Of a DNA stretch of 35,476 nucleotides, positions 1 to 6,975 are shown piece after piece (within the stretch, counting starts at the first letter, position 1; each line of letters starts with the position of its first letter). Made by a program: the position numbers and the translations under genes. The notes under the pieces were generated by a model. It was not told the DNA's origin, searched no databases, and saw nothing but the letters and a program-made list of their open reading frames with translations. The DNA lies in assembly GCA_964436785.1 (NCBI GenBank), contig CAYTEE010000002.1:1-35476 (forward strand), given 5' to 3'. The DNA is from an uncultured Candidatus Saccharibacteria bacterium (lineage in GTDB: Bacteria > Patescibacteriota > Minisyncoccia > UBA6257 > 2-01-FULL-56-20).

Positions 1-75
1 CGGGGGGATTTTTTCGGAAAAATGCGTTCGAACTAATTCAAGAATACTGCACACTTAGAAAATCTTCCTAAAATC

Positions 76-837
76 CTATGTCCTTATCTTGTATCCTATC
101 CGGAAGAGATAGAGGGTGAAAAAGAGCAATAATACCGCGAGTCCTATGGTAATGCCGTAGGCAGAGAGCGGGTGAACATCCGAGATGCCGTAGAATCCAT
201 AGCGCATGCCGTTTATGGTATAGAGGATCGGATTAAAATGCGAAATAGTTTGGAACATCGGCGGGAGCATTTCCGTGGAATAGAAGACACCTCCCAAAAA
301 CGTAAGCGGCGTGATAAGAAATGTCGGCACAATGGTGAGCTGTTCAAAATTATTCGCCCACACGCCGATGATGAGGCCAAAAAGCGAGAAGACGAACGCG
401 ACAAGTGCCACGAAGGTAATGAGGTAGATGGAATGCGCCACATGGAACGGCAGAAAGAACAAGGCCGAGAGATAGATCACGAGGGCAATAAGCATACTGC
501 GGAGGGTTGAGGCAATAGTAAATCCGAGAATAATTTCTAAGTTGGATAACGGAGTCACCAAAATATCGGTAAGGGTGTTCAACATTTTGGCGAGCATGAT
601 GCCGGAGCCGATGCCGGTGAAAGAAACCATAAGCACGTTCATCATGATAAGGCCGGGCATGATGAATTCGGTATACGACAATCCTTGAATAGGACCGATG
701 CGGCTGCCGATCGACGCGCCGAAGACCGCGAAGTAGAGCACGGTAGTGACGACCGGCGAGCCGATCGTCTGCAACGGCACGCGGATAAAGCGCAACAGCT
801 CTTTTTTTATCAATGTATAGAGGCCGACGTAGTTCAT
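76..837 (-). CDS. ABC-2 family transporter permease
   Basis: 253-aa ORF with about six hydrophobic segments. It overlaps the upstream ATPase gene by 4 nt, a typical exporter pair. The call is family-level resemblance to ABC-2/YadH-type permeases. Confidence 0.8.
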   Translation of the reverse strand: MNYVGLYTLIKKELLRFIRVPLQTIGSPVVTTVLYFAVFGASIGSRIGPIQGLSYTEFIMPGLIMMNVLMVSFTGIGSGIMLAKMLNTLTDILVTPLSNLEIILGFTIASTLRSMLIALVIYLSALFFLPFHVAHSIYLITFVALVAFVFSLFGLIIGVWANNFEQLTIVPTFLITPLTFLGGVFYSTEMLPPMFQTISHFNPILYTINGMRYGFYGISDVHPLSAYGITIGLAVLLLFFTLYLFRIGYKIRT

Positions 838-1571
838 GTGGGTGAGTTTCCGTTTTGGATGACGTCAAGATAAATATCGTGCATCTTGCTCCCGTAGCGG
901 GCAAGGAGCGATTCGGTGTCTTCCACGAGTAGGATCCTCCCATGATTAATGAAGGCGATCCGGTCCGCCAGCTCCTCCGCTTCTTCGAGGTAGTGCGTGG
1001 TAAGAATGATGGTTTTCCCGCGTTCGCGCAGGTTGCGGATCACGTCCCAAAGGTTCGTCCGCAATTCCACATCCACTCCTGCGGTCGGCTCGTCCAAAAA
1101 TAGTATCTCCGGATCGTGGATCAGGGCTTTCGCGATCATCACCCGCCGCTTCATTCCTCCGGAGAGATGCCGCCCGATGGATTTTCTCTTGTCGTACAAC
1201 TGCACGGTTCGCAAGATGTCGTCTACCTTACTGTCCAGATTTGTTAAGCCGTAATAGCCGCCCTGAATTTTTACGATCTCGCCTATTTTCATGAAGGGAT
1301 CGTTATTAATTTCCTGTTGCACCAGTCCAATTTTGGAGCGGGTGAAACGAAAGTCTTTTACGGGGTCTTTCCCCATGACCAATACTTCGCCCGAAGTTTT
1401 TTTGGACAATCCGGTCACGATATTAATGATCGTGGTTTTGCCGGCGCCGTTCGGGCCGAGCAAACCAAAGATCTCGCCTTTTTTTATATCCAAACTTACG
1501 TCGTGAAGTGCGACAAAGCCGTTGGCGTACGTTTTATTCAGATTGCGGATATGCAACACATTGGATTCCAT
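834..1571 (-). CDS. ABC transporter ATP-binding protein
   Basis: Walker A GPNGAGKTT, ABC signature LSGGMKRR and Walker B ILFLDEPTAGVD are all visible in the 245-aa translation. Confidence 0.93.
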   Translation of the reverse strand: MESNVLHIRNLNKTYANGFVALHDVSLDIKKGEIFGLLGPNGAGKTTIINIVTGLSKKTSGEVLVMGKDPVKDFRFTRSKIGLVQQEINNDPFMKIGEIVKIQGGYYGLTNLDSKVDDILRTVQLYDKRKSIGRHLSGGMKRRVMIAKALIHDPEILFLDEPTAGVDVELRTNLWDVIRNLRERGKTIILTTHYLEEAEELADRIAFINHGRILLVEDTESLLARYGSKMHDIYLDVIQNGNSPT

Positions 1572-1617
1572 GGATGTATATTCTACCTTAAGTGATATGC
1601 GATGGGAATATAATTAT

Positions 1618-1633
1618 GGGGAAAATTTTCCCC
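1618..1633. promoter_or_regulatory. 16-bp perfect palindrome GGGGAAAATTTTCCCC in a divergent intergenic region (candidate operator or hairpin)
   Basis: Read directly from the sequence. It lies between the ABC operon start and the recO-fragment copy, abutting the duplication boundary. Function is unknown. Confidence 0.3.
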
Positions 1634-1634
1634 T

Positions 1635-1753
1635 CCACCCTAAACCCCCTACAATCTCATAATGCAGGAATATTTAAGCGAGGCGATCGTACTCGATAAA
1701 GAGCCGAATAGCGACTTGGACGTCCACTTTTCTATTTTTACGAAAAAATTCGG
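1635..1753 (+). repeat. Direct repeat copy 1 (recO upstream region plus first ~92 nt of recO)
   Basis: Hand alignment to 4157..4280. I counted 12 mismatches over 93 aligned coding nt, plus a 5-nt length difference upstream of the start. Confidence 0.85.
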
Positions 1754-1769
1754 CGACTTTACGGCATAG
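1662..1769 (+). pseudogene. Truncated duplicate of the recO 5' end (35 codons, then TAG)
   Basis: Translates to MQEYLSEAIVLDKEPNSDLDVHFSIFTKKFGDFTA*, versus the recO N-terminus MQEYLSEAIVLDKEPNGDLDVRFSIFTKKFGKLKA. It is too short to appear in the ORF track. Confidence 0.75.
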
Positions 1770-1775
1770 GACATT

Positions 1776-1820
1776 AAAAACACCAGAGATGGTGGTTTTT
1801 TAACCGGCAAGCCGGTTTTC
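1776..1820 (+). terminator. Two small tandem hairpins, each followed by a T-run
   Basis: AAAAACACCA-GAGA-TGGTGGTTTTTT followed by CCGG-CAAG-CCGGTTTT. The stems are short, so this is weak. Confidence 0.4.
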
Positions 1821-1829
1821 TGCCTGCCC

Positions 1830-1858
1830 TTGACATTGAATTTGTACTGTGATAAGAT
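1830..1858 (+). promoter_or_regulatory. Sigma70-like promoter of the surface-protein cassette
   Basis: TTGACA (1830-1835), 17-nt spacer, TAAGAT (1853-1858). The ATG lies 12 nt downstream. Confidence 0.5.
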
Positions 1859-1870
1859 AGGCGCGTTAAT

Positions 1871-2947
1871 ATGAATAATCAAAATAAAGCGCTCCGAATA
1901 GGAATTCCGGCCTTTCTCGTCGCCGGTATGCTTGTTTTTGGCGGTTTTTCCACTGTTTCCGCGAGAGAAGTGTCGGTAATCGAGGATCAGACAGAAACTC
2001 CGATACTGGGGAATGGCGGCGGTGTTTCGGCCGCTGATGCCGTTCTTGAGGTAACAAAAATTTTCGCAGTTCAAGCTCTTGCAACCGCGGATGGAACTTT
2101 TAATAACGGCTGGCGCTGGATATTTGATGTTACCGTCCCGACAAAAGAAACGATCTTGAAGATGAAATTTTCCGATTGGACAAGCGGCTCGAACAATATT
2201 GCCGCAGCCGATAATCTGCGATTTTATTCTGTTCAATCTTCAAGTGCTTATGATACAGATCACGCCATTACGGTAACTGCAGCCGATAATTATGGCGATG
2301 AAATGGGATTAATTTCCGCGAGCGATCTTGATCCGACACAAGCCGGAAGGCAGATACAGATAACCATAGAAGTAAAGATCCCGGTCAATTCGGCCGGCGG
2401 TTCTTATTCGGCAAATTACGGTATTTTTTCCGCTCCCGATACCACCGTGCCCGTTATTACCCTCACCGGCGATAATCCTCAAAAAATAAAACGCGCTTCG
2501 GCATATGCCGAATTAGGGGCCACCGCAACGGACAATGCGGACGGAACCGTGGCAGTAACTCCCGACGCTTCCGCTGTTGATGTAAGTACCGCAGGCACCT
2601 ACACCGTAACTTATTCCGCCGTTGATGCCGCAGGGAATATCGCTACGGCAAGCAGAATCGTTGATGTTGAATTAAGAGACCTGGATATTACGCAGGGGAC
2701 CGGCACAACGGAAGATCCGATAGGAAATTTAACGGAAAACGTAGCGGTGGACTTAACGGCATACAATACGGCTCTGGCCGCGGTTAGCGAGCCGAATTAT
2801 ACAGTGGAAAGCTGGACAACCTACCAGGCAATTGTGGGCGCAAACGTGGTAACAGCCGAAAATAACACCCAAGCGGAAGTTGATGCAGCCACGGCCGCGA
2901 TCACGGCAGCTCAAGGAAGCCTAATGTTAATGGAACAAGGACAATAA
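1871..2947 (+). CDS. Secreted or anchored surface protein with a DUF5011-type Ig-like domain and a C-terminal helical FIVAR-like segment
   Basis: N-terminal hydrophobic signal or anchor (IPAFLVAGMLVFGGFSTVSA). The segment DTTVPVITLTGDNP...GATATDNADG...GTYTVTYSAVDAAGNIATASRIVDV matches the DUF5011 pattern. The tail NYTVESWTTYQAIV...QAEVDAATAAITAAQ is FIVAR-like. Confidence 0.75.
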   Translation: MNNQNKALRIGIPAFLVAGMLVFGGFSTVSAREVSVIEDQTETPILGNGGGVSAADAVLEVTKIFAVQALATADGTFNNGWRWIFDVTVPTKETILKMKFSDWTSGSNNIAAADNLRFYSVQSSSAYDTDHAITVTAADNYGDEMGLISASDLDPTQAGRQIQITIEVKIPVNSAGGSYSANYGIFSAPDTTVPVITLTGDNPQKIKRASAYAELGATATDNADGTVAVTPDASAVDVSTAGTYTVTYSAVDAAGNIATASRIVDVELRDLDITQGTGTTEDPIGNLTENVAVDLTAYNTALAAVSEPNYTVESWTTYQAIVGANVVTAENNTQAEVDAATAAITAAQGSLMLMEQGQ

Positions 2948-2949
2948 TT

Positions 2950-3297
2950 ATGAAAAATAAACTTAAAATAACAATATTTCCGGCGATACTGCTTTTGCTG
3001 CTCATGATCGGTAATTTTGCGGTGGCGTCGGAAGTGACCGGAACCTTATCTACGGAAGTTAAGGGCACTGTTAATATTCCTACCGGCGGAGGCGGCGGGG
3101 GCGGCAGTAGTGGGGGAGGGGGATCGATATATAGAGTTGGAGATGCCAACAAGGATGGCAGAGTTGATATTTTTGACTTCAATCTGCTCATGGTTCATTG
3201 GGGCGAGACAACCTCGAATAATATCGCCGACTTCAACAGGGACAGCAAAGTTGATATACTTGATTTCAACTTATTGATGGTTAATTGGACACTCTAA
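2950..3297 (+). CDS. Small secreted dockerin-domain protein
   Basis: Signal peptide, a Gly-rich linker (GGGGGGSSGGGG), then two EF-hand-like dockerin repeats: GDANKDGRVDIFDFNLLMVHW and DFNRDSKVDILDFNLLMVNW. Confidence 0.8.
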   Translation: MKNKLKITIFPAILLLLLMIGNFAVASEVTGTLSTEVKGTVNIPTGGGGGGGSSGGGGSIYRVGDANKDGRVDIFDFNLLMVHWGETTSNNIADFNRDSKVDILDFNLLMVNWTL

Positions 3298-3302
3298 CTA
3301 TT

Positions 3303-4091
3303 ATGAAAAAATACTTACTTACAATTTTACTGGGGACCTTCGGGGCAATGGTTCTTGCCGTGCCGGCTCTTGCCGCTACGAACGTATCGCTTACGCCGGC
3401 CAATGTGAGCGTGCGCCAGGGGCAGACCTTTACTCTTACTGTCGGAATAGATCCGCAAGGAGCGAAGAATTATCCCGCAAAAACGGAACTCCTTTATCCC
3501 GCCGATCTTTTGGAAGTAAAGTCGTTTACCCTCGCGGACGGTTGGATATTATTCTCTAAGCCGGGATATGACCTCACGGATAATACGAATGGAGTGTTGA
3601 TAAAAACCGCCGGTTATCCCAATGGCGTGTCTTCATCGACTACTTTCGGAAAGGTTTCGTTTCTCGCCAAAAAGAGCGGCAGCGGAGCGATTACCCTCTC
3701 TAACGCCAGCACTTCCTCGTTCGTACTCGACGCGAACAACCAGAATGTTCTTGCCGGAATATCGGTCAAAACCGCGGTGGTAATATCTGCTCCGGTTGCG
3801 CCTAAAACGGCTCCGAAGACCCCAACAGCCCCGATTACTACCGTGACAAAACCGAACGAGGAAGCTGCCGTAGAAGGAGATGTGCTGGTTCCTCCGGAAT
3901 CGGAAACTGAATCGCAATCGACAACGCCGCAATCTTTATTGGCATCTATCGGTGGCATTGTGGCGCTTGGGACCAACAGCACTGTCGTCGGCATATTGGT
4001 CATCATAGCGATCCTTGTGCTTGTGGGATATATAATTTACGCAGTTACCCGGAAAACGCGGCCCAAAAACTCCGGGGATTCGAAGAAGTAG
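3303..4091 (+). CDS. Cohesin-like domain protein with Pro/Thr linker and C-terminal transmembrane anchor
   Basis: Signal peptide MKKYLLTILLGTFGAMVLAVPALA. The beta-sandwich segment VSVRQGQTFTLTVGIDP...LLYPADLLEVKSF...GKVSFLAKKSGSGAITL is typical of cohesins. The C-terminal segment VVGILVIIAILVLVGYIIYAV is followed by basic residues. I prefer the start at 3303 over 3285 because 3285 overlaps the upstream gene. Confidence 0.75.
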   Translation: MKKYLLTILLGTFGAMVLAVPALAATNVSLTPANVSVRQGQTFTLTVGIDPQGAKNYPAKTELLYPADLLEVKSFTLADGWILFSKPGYDLTDNTNGVLIKTAGYPNGVSSSTTFGKVSFLAKKSGSGAITLSNASTSSFVLDANNQNVLAGISVKTAVVISAPVAPKTAPKTPTAPITTVTKPNEEAAVEGDVLVPPESETESQSTTPQSLLASIGGIVALGTNSTVVGILVIIAILVLVGYIIYAVTRKTRPKNSGDSKK

Positions 4092-4119
4092 AATATCCCT
4101 TAATTTGACAATGTAGAGC

Positions 4120-4148
4120 AAAAACCCGATCCAAGCATCGGGTTTTTG
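4120..4148 (+). terminator. Rho-independent terminator of the cassette
   Basis: AAAACCCGAT-CCAAGC-ATCGGGTTTTT: a 6-bp GC stem extended by A/T pairs, then a T-run at 4143-4147. Confidence 0.7.
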
Positions 4149-4153
4149 TGTTG

Positions 4154-4182
4154 TTGCCGCCCTACTTTAAATCTCCTACAAT
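4154..4182 (+). promoter_or_regulatory. Candidate recO promoter (near-leaderless geometry)
   Basis: TTGCCG (4154-4159), 17-nt spacer, TACAAT (4177-4182). The GTG start lies 6 nt downstream, and the same TACAAT is kept in the duplicate copy at 1650-1655. Confidence 0.4.
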
Positions 4183-4280
4183 CTCAGAGTGCAGGAATAT
4201 TTAAGCGAAGCGATAGTGCTCGACAAAGAACCGAACGGCGATCTGGACGTTCGCTTTTCTATTTTTACGAAAAAATTCGG
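4157..4280 (+). repeat. Direct repeat copy 2 (belongs to the intact recO)
   Basis: See copy 1 at 1635..1753. Confidence 0.85.
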
Positions 4281-4695
4281 GAAGCTTAAGGCAAAGGCGA
4301 AAAGCGCCCGAAAGATCACCTCGAAGCTTGCCCCTCATCTTGAGCCGGGGAACGTGGTGCAAGTTCGGCTTATTGAACAAAAAGGCCTTCAGGTGGTGGA
4401 TGCCCTGAAGCGCGGAACCATCGATACTCCTCTCGCAACGCTCCATTTTTTGAATGAATTGCTCCCGGAAGGGGAGCCGGAAAAAATGCTGTGGAATGCG
4501 CTTATCTCGGAGAAATTTCTTTGGGAAGAAACGCTCGCCATTTTGGGATGGGATCCGCGGGGAGCATCCTGCGCAAAATGCGGCGCGAATGCTCCTTCTG
4601 TTTTCGATATCCGCGGGCAGGAATTTTTCTGCCGCCTGTGCGGGGCGGGCCTCCCCCTCGCGCGCGCGATACGCCTTGCGGGTTTTTTGGCATAG
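4189..4695 (+). CDS. recO: DNA repair protein RecO (short form, GTG start)
   Basis: The N-terminal OB-fold-like segment is typical of RecO (EAIVL...DL.V.FSIFTKKFGKLKA.AKS). A C-terminal zinc motif is present: CAKCG...FFCRLCG. Confidence 0.75.
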   Translation: MQEYLSEAIVLDKEPNGDLDVRFSIFTKKFGKLKAKAKSARKITSKLAPHLEPGNVVQVRLIEQKGLQVVDALKRGTIDTPLATLHFLNELLPEGEPEKMLWNALISEKFLWEETLAILGWDPRGASCAKCGANAPSVFDIRGQEFFCRLCGAGLPLARAIRLAGFLA

Positions 4696-4746
4696 CGCCG
4701 ATTCATAAAACAGCCACACGTGCATATTTGAGGTAGAACTCTATCC

Positions 4747-4812
4747 ATCCTCCTTCGCGCAAGGCTACGGGAGGATACCTTCCTCCGCTCGCTTTCGCTC
4801 GCGGAGGAAGGT
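4747..4812 (+). terminator. Two GC-rich hairpins downstream of recO (no U-tract)
   Basis: ATCCTCC/GGAGGAT (4747-4753 with 4770-4776), and a perfect 12-bp stem ACCTTCCTCCGC/GCGGAGGAAGGT (4777-4788 with 4801-4812). Confidence 0.35.
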
Positions 4813-4843
4813 AAAATAAGATATAATATAAAGAAGAAAACAT

Positions 4844-4984
4844 ATGGGTCCCTCACCTTTGAAGGATAATAGTCGGTCCGAAGCCAAAGCGGGACGATTG
4901 ACGTGGTTTATGAATAATAGTCGATTATTAAACAATAAAATAAGGATTTGCGAACGCTTCGCAATCCTTCAAGGGTGAGGGATG
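4844..4984 (+). promoter_or_regulatory. Start-codon-abutting inverted-repeat element, copy A
   Basis: Left arm CCCTCACCTTTGAAGGAT (4850-4867) pairs with right arm ATCCTTCAAGGGTGAGGG (4964-4981) around a 96-nt interior. The ATG of the downstream gene follows immediately at 4982, and ATGGGT flanks both ends. Confidence 0.7.
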
Positions 4985-6763
4985 GGTGAGCGCATAGAAA
5001 GTTTCGGATTCGAAAAACCGGCGGTGCCGGCGGAAGAGCCGAGGAGGCCCTCAAAAATAAAATGGCTTATCGTTCTTTTTTCGGTTTTTCTCGTCGGGGG
5101 TTCCCTCGCGCTTTTTTTTCTCCTTGGGAGAGAATCGAATCCGCATATCGCGGGAGTCGAGTTTAAGAAGCCGGATTCGGTGCTCATCGGAGAGCCGTTC
5201 GTGGTGAGCGTCTCCGTGACAAATCCGTCCAATCAGATATTGCAGGACGCCCGCCTTATTTTGAATCTTCCCGTGGGCGTATCGCTCGTCGGCCAGCAGG
5301 AAACTTTGCGCACCGTCGAGCGGATGATCGGGGACATAACGCCGGGAAGCTTGACGCCGAACACATTTAATTTGATCGCCCTTGGAGACAATCTTTCGCT
5401 CGCGCGGCTTTCGGCAACTTTGGAATACCGAGTCTCCGGTTCCAAGGTGGAATATTCGGAGAAATCCGAAGTTGACGTGGCATTAAGCCAGCCGGCGATC
5501 TCTCTTGATATGGAGGGGCCATCCAGCGTTCTTTCTTCGGAGAGTTTTGACATATTGCTCCGGTATAAAAATAATTCCGCACAACCATTCGACGGGTTGC
5601 GCCTCAAAGTAACATACCCCGCGGCATTTAAGGCCGGGAAAACCGAGCCGGCGCCACAGATGCCGAATATATGGAGCCTCGAAAATCTCGCGCGAGGAGC
5701 AAGCGCGGAAATAAAGATATCCGGCGCCGTCACCGGATCTGAGGGGCAGTATTTCCCGATAAAGGCGGAAATACTCGGCAAGGTTCAGGGGAAAGAATAC
5801 GCGCTTGTCACAAAGACGCTTACGGTCGGCGTTCAGTCGTCTCCGCTCGCGCTCGCCGTATTTGTGAACGGCAAAAGCGACTATATCGCGCGGCGCGGAG
5901 AACAGCTTTCATACGAGATCAAATACAAAAATAATTCCGATACCGCGTTCGAGAACATAACCGTAACCGCGAAATTGATCGGTGAGATGTTTAATTTTTC
6001 TTCGATCATGGAAAATCTGCCGTTCAACTCGCTTACCAATACCCTTACGTGGACCTCGGCGAACATGCCGGAACTTGCCCTGCTCTCTCCGGGCGAGGAA
6101 GGCATGATACGATTTATGTTCCGGACGAAGGATTCATTCCCGATATCCCGGATCGGAGACAAGAATTATCTCCTTAAGGTGAGCGCGCAGATCGAATCCC
6201 CGACGGTTCCGTCCGGAACGCCGGTGTCGCGGACTATCTCGGTCGCAAAGAGCGAAAATAAAGTGTACGGGGAACTCGGCATTGACGCGCGCGCCTTCTT
6301 CTGGGATGCCGCCTCGGGCATCGCGAACACCGGGCCGTTCCCGCCTAAGGTGGGTCAGCCGACGCAATATACGATCCATTGGGTCGTAAAAAGCATGGCA
6401 GCGGACTTTAGCGGGGTTACCGTGACGGGGTTCCTTCAGCCCGGAATCCGTTGGACGGGAAAGGTGAAAAGTTCCGTTGCCGCCGTTCCGTCCTACGACC
6501 CAAATTCCGGAAAAGTAACATGGCTTATCGATCATTTGCAGGCAAACCGAGGCATAGTGGGCGACCCGGTTGAGGCTATTTTCCAAGTTTCGGCGACGCC
6601 CTCCACAAACCAGGTCGGGCGTGATATAACGCTTCTTGAAGAGACAAAACTTGAAGGCAGAGACGATTTTACGGGTTTTGCGTTTAGCGCCACCGACCAA
6701 GGGGTGACCACCAGGCTTCCCGACGATCCGAATGCGCCGGTCGGCACGGGGGTTCAGCCATAG
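4982..6763 (+). CDS. Membrane-anchored surface protein with repeated CARDB/DUF11-like beta-sandwich modules
   Basis: N-terminal TM segment (WLIVLFSVFLVGGSLALFFLL). Recurring module signature: GEPFVVSVSVTNPSN, SFDILLRYKNNSAQPFDGLRLKVTYP, GEQLSYEIKYKNNSDTAFENITVTAKL, QYTIHWVVKS...GVTVTGFL. Confidence 0.7.
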   Translation: MGERIESFGFEKPAVPAEEPRRPSKIKWLIVLFSVFLVGGSLALFFLLGRESNPHIAGVEFKKPDSVLIGEPFVVSVSVTNPSNQILQDARLILNLPVGVSLVGQQETLRTVERMIGDITPGSLTPNTFNLIALGDNLSLARLSATLEYRVSGSKVEYSEKSEVDVALSQPAISLDMEGPSSVLSSESFDILLRYKNNSAQPFDGLRLKVTYPAAFKAGKTEPAPQMPNIWSLENLARGASAEIKISGAVTGSEGQYFPIKAEILGKVQGKEYALVTKTLTVGVQSSPLALAVFVNGKSDYIARRGEQLSYEIKYKNNSDTAFENITVTAKLIGEMFNFSSIMENLPFNSLTNTLTWTSANMPELALLSPGEEGMIRFMFRTKDSFPISRIGDKNYLLKVSAQIESPTVPSGTPVSRTISVAKSENKVYGELGIDARAFFWDAASGIANTGPFPPKVGQPTQYTIHWVVKSMAADFSGVTVTGFLQPGIRWTGKVKSSVAAVPSYDPNSGKVTWLIDHLQANRGIVGDPVEAIFQVSATPSTNQVGRDITLLEETKLEGRDDFTGFAFSATDQGVTTRLPDDPNAPVGTGVQP

Positions 6764-6840
6764 ATAGCAAGTAGGCGGTAGGAAGTAGGAAAAAATAGAA
6801 AGTAGCAAGTAGTGAGTAGGTAGTAGATAAATAGAAAAAA
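6761..6840 (+). repeat. GTAG-type degenerate heptanucleotide tract starting at the stop codon
   Basis: I count 12 TAG triplets in 80 nt, mostly 7 nt apart (6765, 6772, 6779, 6786; 6796, 6803, 6810, 6817, 6824), covering all three frames. It shares GTAGGCGGTAG and AGTAGCAAGTAG with 14831..14902. Confidence 0.8.
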
Positions 6841-6865
6841 TATGGTAAACGAAAATAATAATTTG

Positions 6866-6975
6866 ATGGATCCCTCACCTTTCCCGGGTGCAGTAATGCA
6901 GTTTTTGGTATATGTTATAGTCAGAAGCTATTGATGAATAATATGGAACAAAGTCCGCCGAAAGGTGATGGGATG
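6866..6975 (+). promoter_or_regulatory. Start-codon-abutting inverted-repeat element, copy B (degenerate)
   Basis: Left ATGGAT-CCCTCACCTTTC (6866-6883) and right GAAAGGTGATGGG (6960-6972) followed by ATGGAA. The helix is 14 bp with one bulged T, around a 76-nt interior. Confidence 0.55.

Noticed and set aside
1649-2236. 195-aa minus-strand ORF spanning the recO stub, terminators, promoter and start of the cassette gene
   Set aside because: It crosses a terminator, a promoter and a repeat boundary, and is antisense to a signal-peptide-bearing gene. Its composition is not protein-like.
3285-3302. ORF-track start at 3285 for the cohesin protein
   Set aside because: It overlaps the dockerin gene's last codons and prepends MDTLTI to an otherwise classic signal peptide. 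The ATG at 3303 (MKKYLL) is the better start.
4976-4978. Possibility that the in-frame TGA in the right arm (copies A and C) is read as an amino acid (code 4/25), making the element an N-terminal extension
   Set aside because: glyQS, murA, mreB and other well-defined genes in this window terminate at TGA at the positions homology predicts, so TGA is a stop here. In copy D the leader ORF is also not in frame with rpmA.
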